A stretch of 64,000 nucleotides of DNA from Patescibacteria group bacterium (GCA_035288465.1 DATEAH010000007.1:2090-66089), one strand, 5' to 3'. Positions 28,331 to 39,096 are shown, counted from the stretch's first letter. A program made the numbers and translations. The notes: generated from the sequence alone by a model not told the origin.

Positions 28331-29284
28331 GTGCTCACAATATTTTTCTTTTTCTTAGTTTGGCTTGGAATTAGGGGACATCAAAATTCCGCTCAGGTTT
28401 TGGGCGCCCAGATTAGTGCAAAGCCAATCATTATTATTGATAATGGTGTGGAAAGTCAATATTTTGTGACTGAGAGCCGGCTTGCGGAAATCTATGATGA
28501 AATCGGTTTAAAAATTTATCCAGAAGACCGCGTGACGGTTTTAGTTGATCCGCAACTCGGTTTGGGTACTCAAATTCGAATCCGGCGCGCGACGGCGATT
28601 TGGGTCAATGATGGTGGCATTCCGAAAATTTTTCGAACCTGGAAAGAAACTGTAGGGCAATTATTAGACGAAAAACAGATTAAAATTGGGCAACTTGATC
28701 GGTTAACACCGTCTTTGGAAACAACTTTGACAGATAATTTAAAAGTTGTGATCGTGAGGGTGAAACAAAAAGAACAAACCGAAATGGTTTCAATTGCTTT
28801 TGAGACAAATTATAAAAATGATGCTTCGCTTTATATTGGTCAAAATCGGGTGGAACGAAGCGGGGCAAATGGCAAAAAAGAGGTTTTATTCCGTTTAACT
28901 TTTGAAAATAATCAGTTGGTGAGTAAGGATTCAATTAAAGAAAAAATTATTACCGAGCCTACGACAAAAATTGTTTTACGCGGTACCCGTAAAAAAGTAA
29001 CGGTACGGTGTGCTGGATATAATTTATTGGCTGAGGATGCCGCGGCCAAGAATAATATTGATCCGAATTCTTTATGCCGGACAATGATGGCAGAAAGTAA
29101 TGGTCACTCGGATTCATATAATCCAGCTGGACCATATTATGGTTTATTTCAATATGCTTACTCTACTTGGCAATTATTAAGTCCAAAAGCTGATTTTGCT
29201 GGTGCGAGTATTAGTAACGCGCGGGCGCAAATTTATGTGACGGCTTGGGCATGGGCGCACGGCTATCGCGGCCGATGGCCATAG
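28331..29284 (+). CDS. RpfB/YabE-like protein (DUF348 + G5 + lytic transglycosylase-like domain)
   Basis: G5 pattern (GANG.K...EP..KIVLRGT); AESNG...YYGLFQY...TW; lies upstream of rsmA; start uncertain. Confidence 0.82.
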   Translation: MLTIFFFFLVWLGIRGHQNSAQVLGAQISAKPIIIIDNGVESQYFVTESRLAEIYDEIGLKIYPEDRVTVLVDPQLGLGTQIRIRRATAIWVNDGGIPKIFRTWKETVGQLLDEKQIKIGQLDRLTPSLETTLTDNLKVVIVRVKQKEQTEMVSIAFETNYKNDASLYIGQNRVERSGANGKKEVLFRLTFENNQLVSKDSIKEKIITEPTTKIVLRGTRKKVTVRCAGYNLLAEDAAAKNNIDPNSLCRTMMAESNGHSDSYNPAGPYYGLFQYAYSTWQLLSPKADFAGASISNARAQIYVTAWAWAHGYRGRWP

Positions 29285-29361
29285 TTTCGGCTTGGCACTC
29301 GAAAACTTTTTCTATATAATAAGGATAGAGTCATTTATTCTTTTTTCATTTTCGAGGATTT

Positions 29362-30204
29362 ATGAAGCTGACCGACAAAAAAGTGCTGGCGGAAATCTTA
29401 TCGCAGCATCATTTATGGGCACAAAAAAGACTGGGTCAGAATTTTTTGTCGGATTTTGAGGTTTTGCAAAAAATTGTTCAAACCGCGGAGATTAACCATA
29501 AAGATTATGTGGTTGAAGTTGGAGCCGGGATTGGGACCCTAACTGATCAACTTTGCCAAAACGCGAGATGGGTAATGGCAGTCGAAGTCGATCCTAATAT
29601 GGTGAAAATTTTACAAGAAACCTGTGGTCATTATTTAAATTTAAAAATTATCCAAAAAAATATTTTGGGTTTAGAATTGAATCGAGTTTTAGGCAAAATT
29701 GCTGAATACAAAGTGGTCGCAAATTTACCTTATTATATTACCCAGCCAGTTTTGCGATATTTTTTAGAAAATGAAACCAAGCCCGAGAGTATGGTTTTGA
29801 TGGTTCAAAAAGAAGTCGCGGAAAGACTCTGTGCGAAACCGGGCGAAATGAGTTTGTTATCGGTTTCGGTCCAATTTTTTGGCCAGCCCAAATTAATTCA
29901 GATTGTGAAAGCTGAAAGTTTTTTCCCAGCTCCCAAAGTAGATTCAGCCATTATTAGAATTAATAAAATTCGCGAAAGATTTCTCGAAGTTTCGCAACCA
30001 TTATTTTTTACTTTAGTTAAGGCTGGATTTTCGGAAAGACGAAAACAAATTCATAATTCACTTGCGACTAGCTTACAATTAGCACCCGAAACAGTGCAAA
30101 AAATATTAACCCAAGCTGAAATCGATCCTACGCGTCGAGCTCAGACTTTATCAATGGAGGAATGGCATGAACTCTACCAAGCCTTTACCAGAGAACAAAC
30201 CTGA
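29362..30204 (+). CDS. rsmA: 16S rRNA dimethyladenosine transferase
   Basis: LGQNFL, EVGAGIG, VANLPYYIT, MVQKEVAER, PKVDSA. Confidence 0.97.
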   Translation: MKLTDKKVLAEILSQHHLWAQKRLGQNFLSDFEVLQKIVQTAEINHKDYVVEVGAGIGTLTDQLCQNARWVMAVEVDPNMVKILQETCGHYLNLKIIQKNILGLELNRVLGKIAEYKVVANLPYYITQPVLRYFLENETKPESMVLMVQKEVAERLCAKPGEMSLLSVSVQFFGQPKLIQIVKAESFFPAPKVDSAIIRINKIRERFLEVSQPLFFTLVKAGFSERRKQIHNSLATSLQLAPETVQKILTQAEIDPTRRAQTLSMEEWHELYQAFTREQT

Positions 30205-31771
30205 AGAAGAATCTGCATCGTCAAAAAATGAGCAATTAAATGTTCAACCTGATTCGCAAACTCCGGAAAAATTGCCAGAAGAAAAACCAGCAGGAATAGT
30301 TCGAAAAGGGATTGATACTACCGGTGCGATTGTAAAGGGCGGGGCTGAGTTGGGAATTAAGGGCGCCGAAAAAGGTGCCGAAATTACCGAAAAAGGTTTT
30401 GAGGTCGCGGGTAAAAGTTTGGAATTAGTTGGTAAGGGAGTAGAAGCCACTGGCAAGGGTGTTCAATATGCGGGTAAAGGAGTGGAATACACGGGCGTGG
30501 TAGTGGAAGGAGAAGTTAAATCTGGTCTAAAATATCTTTCTGGCATAATCAAGAATCGTCGTGGCATTAAAGATTTTTTCTGGAAATCAAAACGGGGTGT
30601 TATCACCGGTAGTGCCGATAATGATCCTTCTGGTATAGTCACGTATACTCAGATTGGAGCAATCGCTGGGTTCCAGTTGCTTTGGCTTTGTTTGGTGGCT
30701 TGGCCGTTGTTGACGGTAGTCGAAGAAATGTCAGCCCGCATTGGCGTCGTTACCAAAAAAGGTGTAAACTCTATTGTTATTGAGAATTATGGCCGAGCCT
30801 GGGCATATTTGGCGACTTTGATAATTTTAATTTGTAATACTTTTACAATGGGCGCAGACATTGCGGCAATGGCTGATGTGGCTTCAATATTAACTAAAAT
30901 TCCGGAATTAGTGTATATCTTATTGCTGGGTGGAATATTTTTCTGGTTACTTTGGACCAAAGGTTATCAAGCAATTAGCCGTTATTTGTTTTTATTAACC
31001 CCTTTCTTTTTGTTATATATTGGTTCGGCTTTATTTTTAAATGTTCCTTGGGGTGAAGTTTTAAAGAATACTTTAGTTCCGACCTTGGGATCAATTAATA
31101 TGAGTTTTGCTTTAATTGCGGTGGCATTTTTAGGAACAACCTTAACCCCGTTTTTAATTTATTGGGAAGCAACACAGGAAATTGAGGAAAATAAAACCGT
31201 CGCCAAACTTCATGATGAGAGTATTGGGGTTACATCAGGGATGTTTTTTTCGCAGTTTATTGCTTTTTTCATTATTGTCGCCGCCGCCGCGGTTTTTGCT
31301 GGTGCAAATCATGAGTTAAATTCAGCCCGCGAAATTGCCTTAGCGTTCAAGCCATTAGGTAAAATGTCATTTTTACTCTATTCTTTAGGGATATTAGGAT
31401 CTGGTTTTTTGGCAATTCCGGTAATGGCAGCTTCAACAGGATATACTTTTTCGGAAACCTTTGGTTGGAAAAAAGGTTTGGATCAGCCATATTCAAAAGC
31501 AAAAGGATTTTATGCAGTAATGATTTTAACTTTAATTTTTGGAGTAGCAATTGCTTTATTGAAATTTAATCCAGTTTTAGCTTTGGTTTATTCCCAGGTT
31601 TTAAACGGTTTATTGATGCCAGTTTTGGTGGTGTTATTATTGTTTATTTGTAATAATAAAAAAATTATGGGTCAACACACAAATCGGGTTTGGAGTAATA
31701 TTTTTGGTTTTTTGGCCTTGATTGTTTTAGTTTTAGCTGATTTTGCCTTAATATTTCAGTGGTTAAAATAA
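30167..31771 (+). CDS. NRAMP-family divalent metal transporter with repetitive N-terminal extension
   Basis: GSADNDPSGI.TY.Q.GA, EMSARIG, LGTTLTP, SQVLNG; multiple TM helices. Confidence 0.88.
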   Translation: MNSTKPLPENKPEEESASSKNEQLNVQPDSQTPEKLPEEKPAGIVRKGIDTTGAIVKGGAELGIKGAEKGAEITEKGFEVAGKSLELVGKGVEATGKGVQYAGKGVEYTGVVVEGEVKSGLKYLSGIIKNRRGIKDFFWKSKRGVITGSADNDPSGIVTYTQIGAIAGFQLLWLCLVAWPLLTVVEEMSARIGVVTKKGVNSIVIENYGRAWAYLATLIILICNTFTMGADIAAMADVASILTKIPELVYILLLGGIFFWLLWTKGYQAISRYLFLLTPFFLLYIGSALFLNVPWGEVLKNTLVPTLGSINMSFALIAVAFLGTTLTPFLIYWEATQEIEENKTVAKLHDESIGVTSGMFFSQFIAFFIIVAAAAVFAGANHELNSAREIALAFKPLGKMSFLLYSLGILGSGFLAIPVMAASTGYTFSETFGWKKGLDQPYSKAKGFYAVMILTLIFGVAIALLKFNPVLALVYSQVLNGLLMPVLVVLLLFICNNKKIMGQHTNRVWSNIFGFLALIVLVLADFALIFQWLK

Positions 31772-31783
31772 CTTTGAGGAAAT

Positions 31784-32464
31784 ATGAATTTGGGAACTTT
31801 ATATATTGTTGCCACCCCGATTGGTAATTTGGCGGATATTACCTTGCGAGCTTTAGAAACTTTGAAAAAAGTTGATTTGATCGCGGCCGAAGACACTCGT
31901 CTGACCACTCGGCTGCTATCAAGATATGAAATTAAAAAACCGCTTATTTCTTATCACCAACATTCGCGCTTATCGAAAATTGACGAGATTATTTGGGAAT
32001 TAAAAAATGGTAAGCAGGTGGCTCTGGTGTCAGATGCGGGTACGCCTGGGATTGCTGATCCTGGTGCCAGCTTGATTTTAAAAGCGCTTGAGAATAAAAT
32101 AGAGATTATCCCGATTCCAGGAGCGCAAGCAGCCGTCACTGCCTTATCAGTGAGTGGTTTTTCGGAATCAAAATTTATTTTTGTGGGATTTTTACCTAAG
32201 AAAAAAGGTCGTCAAACTTTATTAACACAACTTTCGGAAATGGTTTTTGAGGGCGTATTGATTTTTTACGAATCACCATATCGTATTAATAAAACCTTGC
32301 TGGACTTGCAGAACTATTTTGGTGACATTGAAGTAGTAGTGGCTCGAGAATTGACAAAGATTTATGAAAGCTTTTATCGAGGAAAAATTAGCGAAGTTGA
32401 AAAACAAATTAAGGCTAAGGGAGAATTTGTAATATGCCTCAAAAAAGCTATCAATGCCAAATAA
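31784..32464 (+). CDS. rsmI: 16S rRNA C1402 2'-O-methyltransferase
   Basis: LYIVATPIGNL.DIT.RA, AEDTR, SDAGTPGI.DPG, YESPYR, RELTK. Confidence 0.96.
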   Translation: MNLGTLYIVATPIGNLADITLRALETLKKVDLIAAEDTRLTTRLLSRYEIKKPLISYHQHSRLSKIDEIIWELKNGKQVALVSDAGTPGIADPGASLILKALENKIEIIPIPGAQAAVTALSVSGFSESKFIFVGFLPKKKGRQTLLTQLSEMVFEGVLIFYESPYRINKTLLDLQNYFGDIEVVVARELTKIYESFYRGKISEVEKQIKAKGEFVICLKKAINAK

Positions 32465-32715
32465 CAGGTCGGGTTCAAGGAGTCTTTTTCAGGTCGTATT
32501 TAAAAAAACATGCCGATAATTTGCACCTGGCAGGTTGGGCAAAAAATGAGCCTTCAGGTTCGGTTTTACTTGAAGTCCAAGGTGAAGGGGACGCGGTAGA
32601 TGAATTTTTAAAACTGGTTAAAATCGGGTCTGAAAATGCAAAAATTACTAAAGTTAAAGTTCGCAAAATCCCCAATCAAACAAATTTAAAAGAATTTATA
32701 ATTAAAATAATTTAA
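32434..32715 (+). CDS. acyP: acylphosphatase
   Basis: GRVQGVFFR, GWAKN..GSV. Confidence 0.92.
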   Translation: MPQKSYQCQITGRVQGVFFRSYLKKHADNLHLAGWAKNEPSGSVLLEVQGEGDAVDEFLKLVKIGSENAKITKVKVRKIPNQTNLKEFIIKII

Positions 32716-32722
32716 GGTTAAA

Positions 32723-34129
32723 ATGAAAAAATTTTATCTCACCACGCCAATTTATTATGTTAATGATAAGCCTCATATCGGTCATGCTTACACGACAATC
32801 GCCGCTGACGTAATCGCGAGATATTATCGTGCCAAAAATAAACCAGTGATGTTTTTGACCGGTACTGACGAGCATGGTAAAAAAGTCGCTGAGGCGGCTG
32901 AGAAAAATAAGACGACGCCGCAACAATTTGTCGATGATATTTCCGGGCATTTTAAATCAGCTTGGCAAAAATTAAATATTTCCAATGATTATTTTATCCG
33001 CACCACGGATGTGAACCATGTCCAGGTAGTAAATAAGGTTTTACGACAATTATTTAAAGCGGGTTTAATTTATAAAAGTAATTATGAAGGGTTATATTGT
33101 GTAAGTTGCGAGGAGTTTAAAACTGATAAGGATTTGGTTGATGGACTTTGCGCAATTCATAAAACTAAACCCGAGAAAATTAAAGAGGAGTGTTATTTCC
33201 TCAAAGTCTCAAAATATCAATCGCAGCTGCAGGAATTAATCACCAAAGGCGATTTAGAGATAAGTCCTCAGACTCGAAAAAATGAAATTATTAGTTTTTT
33301 GAAAAATGAAAAATTAACTGATGTGGCAATTTCCCGTCAAAAGGAAAAAGTTGATTGGGGAATTAGTTTGCCTTTTGATAAAAATTATACCACTTATGTT
33401 TGGGTGGATGCGCTTTTAAATTATTTAACCGCGACAAATTGGCCAGATAAGGATTTTGATCAAGTTTGGCCGCCCGACCTTCAATTGATGGCGAAAGATA
33501 TTTTGCGAATTCATAGCACGGTATGGCCGGCGATTATTTTAGGTCTTGGTTTAAAATTACCCAAGAAAATCTTTGCCCACGGTTTTTTTACTATTAATGG
33601 TCACAAAATGAGCAAGAGTTTAAATAATGTGGTTGATCCGGTAAAATTAGCTGATGAGTATGGGGCAGATGTAGTTCGATATTTTTTACTGCGCGAATTT
33701 ACTTTTGGTCATGATGGTGATTTTAATTTAGAGAGATTTGCCGAGCGATACAACGCTGATTTAGCCAACGATTTGGGTAATTTAGTACAACGAATTTTAA
33801 GTTTAGCCAAAAATAACCAAATTCAGACCATTCCCGATAAGACAAAAACTTTAACCGAGGTTGAAAAAGATTTGGAAAATTTGAAGTTTAAGGATGCTTT
33901 AGACCGGATTTGGGAATTTGTGGTGACCGCAAATCAAGAGATAGAACTTGCCGAGCCGTGGAAATTAGCCAAAACCGAGCCTGTGAAATTTGCCAAATTT
34001 ATTGGGGAAATGGTCGTGAAAATTAGTCTGATTGCCAACTCATTAGCGCCATTTATGCCTAAAACTAGTGCACAAATTTTAAAGCAGATTAAAACTCAGG
34101 AAATTGAACCGATATTTCCTAAAAAATAA
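32723..34129 (+). CDS. metG: methionyl-tRNA synthetase
   Basis: TTPIYYVN..PHIGH, GTDEHG, YVWVDAL, KMSKS. Confidence 0.97.
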   Translation: MKKFYLTTPIYYVNDKPHIGHAYTTIAADVIARYYRAKNKPVMFLTGTDEHGKKVAEAAEKNKTTPQQFVDDISGHFKSAWQKLNISNDYFIRTTDVNHVQVVNKVLRQLFKAGLIYKSNYEGLYCVSCEEFKTDKDLVDGLCAIHKTKPEKIKEECYFLKVSKYQSQLQELITKGDLEISPQTRKNEIISFLKNEKLTDVAISRQKEKVDWGISLPFDKNYTTYVWVDALLNYLTATNWPDKDFDQVWPPDLQLMAKDILRIHSTVWPAIILGLGLKLPKKIFAHGFFTINGHKMSKSLNNVVDPVKLADEYGADVVRYFLLREFTFGHDGDFNLERFAERYNADLANDLGNLVQRILSLAKNNQIQTIPDKTKTLTEVEKDLENLKFKDALDRIWEFVVTANQEIELAEPWKLAKTEPVKFAKFIGEMVVKISLIANSLAPFMPKTSAQILKQIKTQEIEPIFPKK

Positions 34130-34166
34130 ATTATTTCAGCCAATTTTTTGACCCAAAGGAGGGTTT

Positions 34167-35006
34167 TTGATTTTGTACCCATTACTGGCGATGCTAAGTA
34201 ATGTTATCGGAATTGTGGTTGATAAATTTGCTTTATCTCGCCAGAAAATTCAACTCGATGTTTTTAAAGTGACTTTATTTCTATTGTTGTGTTTATTTAC
34301 CGCAATTTTTTTGCCATTTTTAGGCTCGATAAATATTACTAAAGCCTTAACACCAACCTATTTAATTATTTTTGGACTAATGTTGGTAACGGCAATTGTC
34401 TGGAATATTTTTTATTATCAAGGGATTCAAAAAGAGAAACTTTATGAGTTTCAAACGATCATTACTTTTACTCCCTTAGTGACGATCTTGTTGGCGAGTT
34501 TGCTCTTCATCGAAGAGAGAAAATGGCAAGTTGAATTGGCAGCAATAATTGCGAGTTTGGCATTAATTTTTGCCCATGTCAGAAAATCTCATTTCCAGAT
34601 TAGCCAATATTCTGCGGGTTTGATAATTTGTGTTATTTTAACCTCCCTAGAATTAATTTTAATTAAAGTTTTGTTAAATGTTTATTCGCCAGTGAGCTTG
34701 TATTTTTTGAGGACTTTAATTATTTTTATCTTTTTTGCGCTTTGGTACCGTCCCAATTTAAATAATTTACCAAAATCAGGTTTGGCTTTAATTGCGGCCT
34801 CAGCGGTAATGGGGGCGGCACAAATGATTTTGAAGTTTTACGGTTTTGAATTTTTTGGAGTGGTCTATACTGTGATGGTGATGACTTTGGGACCGATTTT
34901 GGTTTATTTGTCTTGTTTTTTGATTTTTAAAGAGGAATTAAAAAAAAGAACTATTTTGGCGGCGCTGGTAATTTTGGCCTGTATAGTTTGGGCGACGTTT
35001 CAATAA
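34167..35006 (+). CDS. DMT/EamA-family transporter
   Basis: about 10 TM helices in two repeats; start codon TTG after GGAGG. Confidence 0.75.
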   Translation: MILYPLLAMLSNVIGIVVDKFALSRQKIQLDVFKVTLFLLLCLFTAIFLPFLGSINITKALTPTYLIIFGLMLVTAIVWNIFYYQGIQKEKLYEFQTIITFTPLVTILLASLLFIEERKWQVELAAIIASLALIFAHVRKSHFQISQYSAGLIICVILTSLELILIKVLLNVYSPVSLYFLRTLIIFIFFALWYRPNLNNLPKSGLALIAASAVMGAAQMILKFYGFEFFGVVYTVMVMTLGPILVYLSCFLIFKEELKKRTILAALVILACIVWATFQ

Positions 35007-35064
35007 AATTACTAAATAGTGCTGACAATACAGAATTCTTGAGAACTATTTAGAATTTGAGAAC

Positions 35065-35994
35065 CTATTTTTTCTTTTTAATTTGATGAGAGATTTTTCC
35101 GGTCTTAGTCCGATATACATCTCCTAAATCGGAAAATAATTTTTCGACTTTTTTTTCGTCCATATAACGATGCAAATGTGGAGTTAAATTTTCGGCTTTA
35201 TCCTGCAACTCTGATTCTTTTGATTTTAGTTCTAAATATTTTAAAACGATTTCATCAATACTTCTTTTTTGTTGGCGAAATCGGTCTTTCATAATGGGAC
35301 AAAACTGTTGAAAATCGCACCAACCACAAAGCGGACCCGGTTTTGGTGCAAATTTTTCTAATGAAATTTGTTCAGCAGTTTTGTTCACCGTTTCTTCGAG
35401 CTGTTGGTGATCCTCTTTTTGCCTTTTAGTGCTTAATTTTAAATCCGGTGCTAAAAAATGGAGCGAGAGTTTAACATCGGTCAGGTGGGGCCATTTTTGT
35501 TTGGCGGCCCAATCGTACATAGTGAGCTGTAAATTATCATCAACTTTGTCTTGTGTCGGTACCCGGCCAGTTTTATAATCAATGATCTCAAAATGATTAT
35601 CAGTTATTTTATCAACCCGGTCAAAAACCCCGGAAATGTTATGTTCGCCCATTGGCAAGACAAATTTTTCTTCAATACTGACAACGGCCGGCATGGCTTT
35701 TTTGATTCGGGAATAAAAATTTTCCACAATTTTCAGGCCATTGGCAAAATAATTTTGCGCCACTTCATTTTCGGCAAAAATGCTCTTATCGAAATTTTCG
35801 GAGTAGAGTTTGATTGTTTCTGCTTGAGTTGGTAAATGATAAACATCTTCCAAAATAAACTTTAAGGTTTCGTGGAGATGATTGCCAAACCACATTTTTT
35901 CCGAAGGTTTGGTGGGGAGGCGATCGAGATATTGGAATTTAAACATTAAGGGACACGTTTGATAAGTATTAATCGCAGAATATGAAAGTCTCAT
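35065..35994 (-). CDS. PD-(D/E)XK RecB-family nuclease with putative Fe-S cysteines
   Basis: LSYSAINTYQTCP, G..DRVD, IIDYKTG, QL..Y, C-terminal CGWCDFQQFCP. Confidence 0.88.
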   Translation of the reverse strand: MRLSYSAINTYQTCPLMFKFQYLDRLPTKPSEKMWFGNHLHETLKFILEDVYHLPTQAETIKLYSENFDKSIFAENEVAQNYFANGLKIVENFYSRIKKAMPAVVSIEEKFVLPMGEHNISGVFDRVDKITDNHFEIIDYKTGRVPTQDKVDDNLQLTMYDWAAKQKWPHLTDVKLSLHFLAPDLKLSTKRQKEDHQQLEETVNKTAEQISLEKFAPKPGPLCGWCDFQQFCPIMKDRFRQQKRSIDEIVLKYLELKSKESELQDKAENLTPHLHRYMDEKKVEKLFSDLGDVYRTKTGKISHQIKKKK

Positions 35995-36149
35995 AAAATC
36001 CTCCGGATTATTTAATAACTAATATCTAATTTCCCCAAAGGGGAGCCTTCGGCTCTAATGCCTAATCAGCCCCCAATGATTAAATGACGAAATGGCTAAA
36101 ATTTAATTTCAGGCATTAGGTATTTATTAGGTCAATTAGAATAATTAGG

Positions 36150-36581
36150 TTAATTTTTCTTTTTATTATGTTGGTAATTTTCAATCGCTTTTTTAATACC
36201 TTCGGCAGCCAAAACCGAGCAATGCATTTTAACTGGTGGTAATCCTTGTAAGGCATCAGCGATTGCTTGATTAGTTAATTTTATCGCTTCGCGAAGTGGT
36301 TTGCCCATAATCATTTGTGTGGCCATGGAAGAGGTGGCAATCGCGGCGCCACAGCCTAAAGTTTCTACTTTAACATCGGCAACATATTCAGTATCTTTAC
36401 CTTTAATTTTTTTGGTTTTAACCTTAATATAATATTTTGCCACGTCACCGCATCTGGGATTGCCAACGACCGCTTCTCCAGAGGGGTTTTTCATGGCGCC
36501 AATATTTTGTGGGTGCATAAAGTTTTCTAAAACTTTTTTGCTATATAAATGATCTATTTTTGCTCCTAATTTAATGAGCAT
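36150..36581 (-). CDS. iscU: Fe-S cluster scaffold IscU/NifU N-terminal domain protein
   Basis: YSKKV..NF.HPQN.G, GNPRCGD, GCGAAIATSS, LPPVKMHCS. Confidence 0.93.
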   Translation of the reverse strand: MLIKLGAKIDHLYSKKVLENFMHPQNIGAMKNPSGEAVVGNPRCGDVAKYYIKVKTKKIKGKDTEYVADVKVETLGCGAAIATSSMATQMIMGKPLREAIKLTNQAIADALQGLPPVKMHCSVLAAEGIKKAIENYQHNKKKN

Positions 36582-37770
36582 TTACTTTTTTATTTGGTCC
36601 AAAAGGGGAGATTTGACGTAACTTTTTAATTATTTTTGGTAAAACTTTGATGACATAATCAATTTCCTGTTGGGTAGTTTTCCAGCCTAAACTAAATCTG
36701 ATCGAGCCATGAGCCCGAAACGGGTCCTGGTACATCGCCATAATTACATGAGATGGTTCGAGGGAACCTGAGGTACAAGCAGAACCGGTTGAAGCGGCAA
36801 TGCCCTTAAAGTCTAAATTCAAAATGATTGATTCGCCTTCAACATATTTAAAATTTAAATTTAGGATGTGCGGGACACGCTTTTTAATATCGCCATTAAG
36901 TTGGACATCAGGAATTAGATCGATAATTTTTTTCTGCAAATAGTCGCGTAATTTTTTAATTTTTTTCGTTTCCAAAGAATTATTTGCCATTTTAATGGCT
37001 TTACCAAAACCGACAATTGCTGGGACGTTTTCCGTACCTGCCCTTAAACCAAATTCATGTTCGCCACCTAAACTCTGCGCTTTAATTGGGGTATTTTTTT
37101 TAACAAATAAAGCCCCAATTCCTTTAGTTGCTCCTAATTTATGTCCAGATAATGTCAGCAAATCGACATGTAGCCATTTGGTATTGCAGTTTTCATAACC
37201 TGCCGCTTGGACGGCATCAGTATGAAAATAGATTCGATGTCCATTTTTGGCACGGCTTTTATTCATTTTTTCAAGCATTTTTCCAATTTCGCGAATCGGC
37301 TGCAAACTCCCAGTTTCATTATTAGCGTACATAATCGAGACTAAAAGCGTATTTTTTTGGATAACTCTTTTGATAGATTCAAGATTGACTTGACCCTGTG
37401 GATTGACTCTAAGATATGTTACTTTAGCTCGTTTCGCCTTTTCTAATTCACGGTAACAATTTAAAACCGCATGATGTTCAATTTGGGTAGTAATAATATG
37501 AGGAATAAATTTTGAATTTGTGACCAGACCACGAACGGCTAAATTATCAGCTTCAGTGCCACCAGAAGTAAAAATTACTTCATCTGCCTGGCAATTTAAA
37601 AAATCTGCGATCGTTTTTCTATTCTCATCAACTGCTTTTCGAGCTTCCCGGCCAAATTTATGGATCGAAGATGGGTTGCCAAATTTTTCTGAAAAATATG
37701 GCAAAATTTTGCTTTTTATTTGAGGACGAACTGGCGCGGTCGCCGCATAGTCCAAATATATTTTAGGCAT
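36571..37770 (-). CDS. iscS: cysteine desulfurase IscS/NifS
   Basis: IYLDYAAT, FTSGGTE, HTDAVQA, SGHK, STGSACTS. Confidence 0.95.
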   Translation of the reverse strand: MPKIYLDYAATAPVRPQIKSKILPYFSEKFGNPSSIHKFGREARKAVDENRKTIADFLNCQADEVIFTSGGTEADNLAVRGLVTNSKFIPHIITTQIEHHAVLNCYRELEKAKRAKVTYLRVNPQGQVNLESIKRVIQKNTLLVSIMYANNETGSLQPIREIGKMLEKMNKSRAKNGHRIYFHTDAVQAAGYENCNTKWLHVDLLTLSGHKLGATKGIGALFVKKNTPIKAQSLGGEHEFGLRAGTENVPAIVGFGKAIKMANNSLETKKIKKLRDYLQKKIIDLIPDVQLNGDIKKRVPHILNLNFKYVEGESIILNLDFKGIAASTGSACTSGSLEPSHVIMAMYQDPFRAHGSIRFSLGWKTTQQEIDYVIKVLPKIIKKLRQISPFGPNKKVNAH

Positions 37771-37909
37771 AAAATAAGATTTCCTATAAAAAACATGCAG
37801 CCATAAGGATTTGGTTTTTTTCCGTTTGGCATATTATCTCCTAAATGTTATTATAACATAGGAATGAAAAAAGTTAAAGTTTTAGGCAAGCGACTAAAAG
37901 GAGCGAAGA

Positions 37910-38092
37910 ATGGCAAAGGTGAGCGTTGATAAAGAAAAGTGTATTGGTTGCGGGGCGTGTCAGACATCATGTCCTAAGGTTTTTAAAGTCGGCGATGATG
38001 GCAAATCATCAGTTATTAATCCTGATGGTAAGTGTAACCTTAAAGAGGTTGCGGCCGCATGTCCGACAGGCGCAATCACTATTTCGGAATAA
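37910..38092 (+). CDS. ferredoxin
   Basis: CIGCGACQTSCP...ACPTGAI; AGGAG RBS. Confidence 0.93.
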   Translation: MAKVSVDKEKCIGCGACQTSCPKVFKVGDDGKSSVINPDGKCNLKEVAAACPTGAITISE

Positions 38093-38108
38093 TTTTAGGA
38101 CTCATATC

Positions 38109-38660
38109 TTAATAATATGAAGGATAATAAGCAAATTGATATTCAACAATGTTCTCATCTACGGTGCTGGTGGTGACAGTCAGGCTGGCTGAGTTTTTTG
38201 AGAAGGAAAGGCTTTCTTCATCCGAATCTAATAATTTCCAACCAGCACTAACTAAATTTGTGCGATAATAATTTATGATTTTAGTTGAAGTCGCGCGAAC
38301 TTTGTAGCTTATCTGATAAAAATTATTGTCTTGAGTAGTCGAATATCGGGTACGAATTGAACCAGGATACCTGACAACACCAACTATATCAGTGCCGGCA
38401 ACATCAGTGGTGGGCATGGTTTCAGTTGAACTCGAACTGCCAGTGTCGCTGGAAGTTGAAGTCGGGGTGCTGGTGACAGCAGTTTTGATGGCTTTTTTGG
38501 CTTTGCTATAAGCATAATAGCCTAAACCGCCACCCAAAAGTAGTAAAAAAACGAGCACTAAGACAATAATCAGCACCACTTTAGTTCCTTTTTTGGGTTC
38601 GGTTGAAGGCGTGGGCGTGGGTGCGGATTGTGGCTGTGGTTGTGGTTGAGAACTTTCCAT
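38109..38660 (-). CDS. hypothetical membrane-anchored surface protein
   Basis: Pro/Gln-rich N-terminus, TM helix, Ser/Thr linker, YPGS-containing domain; AGGAGG RBS. Confidence 0.75.
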   Translation of the reverse strand: MESSQPQPQPQSAPTPTPSTEPKKGTKVVLIIVLVLVFLLLLGGGLGYYAYSKAKKAIKTAVTSTPTSTSSDTGSSSSTETMPTTDVAGTDIVGVVRYPGSIRTRYSTTQDNNFYQISYKVRATSTKIINYYRTNLVSAGWKLLDSDEESLSFSKNSASLTVTTSTVDENIVEYQFAYYPSYY

Positions 38661-38809
38661 TTCCCTCCTTTAAATTAAAATTAGTCAAGAAAATCTTGAT
38701 CAAATTTAACATGTAATTCTATATTTATTATATCCTTAGAGTTGGGCTTGTCAAATTAGGATTGAATTTGAAGCAATTTTATGGTAAGATTAGTCATAAA
38801 GGAGTTAAA

Positions 38810-39094
38810 ATGAACGAAATTTCTCCTGAAACCAATGAGTTACAAACAGAACGAGAAATTGTTATTGCCGGCACGGCGATTGAAGGAGCGGTCCAACGGC
38901 TCGCAGAAGTAGCTCCGGATTTTAATCTAGAGGGCAAGAGTTTAAGTGATTTAGAAAAGGAAGCGACGCGGTTAGAAGAAAAAGCGGCGGCGATAAGGAG
39001 TTTGGCGGTGCATTGTCGTCCCGATAATAACATTCTGGGGATCGTTGAGGGTGGATTAAAGGTAAAAATTAGAGAATTGTCAGAAAATTCTTAA
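38810..39094 (+). CDS. hypothetical protein
   Basis: AAGGAG RBS before ATG 38810; abuts mnmA. Confidence 0.65.
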   Translation: MNEISPETNELQTEREIVIAGTAIEGAVQRLAEVAPDFNLEGKSLSDLEKEATRLEEKAAAIRSLAVHCRPDNNILGIVEGGLKVKIRELSENS

Positions 39095-39096
39095 AG

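Noticed and set aside
35065-35994. Possible Cas4
   Set aside because: Stand-alone RecB-family nuclease with no cas neighbours or array.
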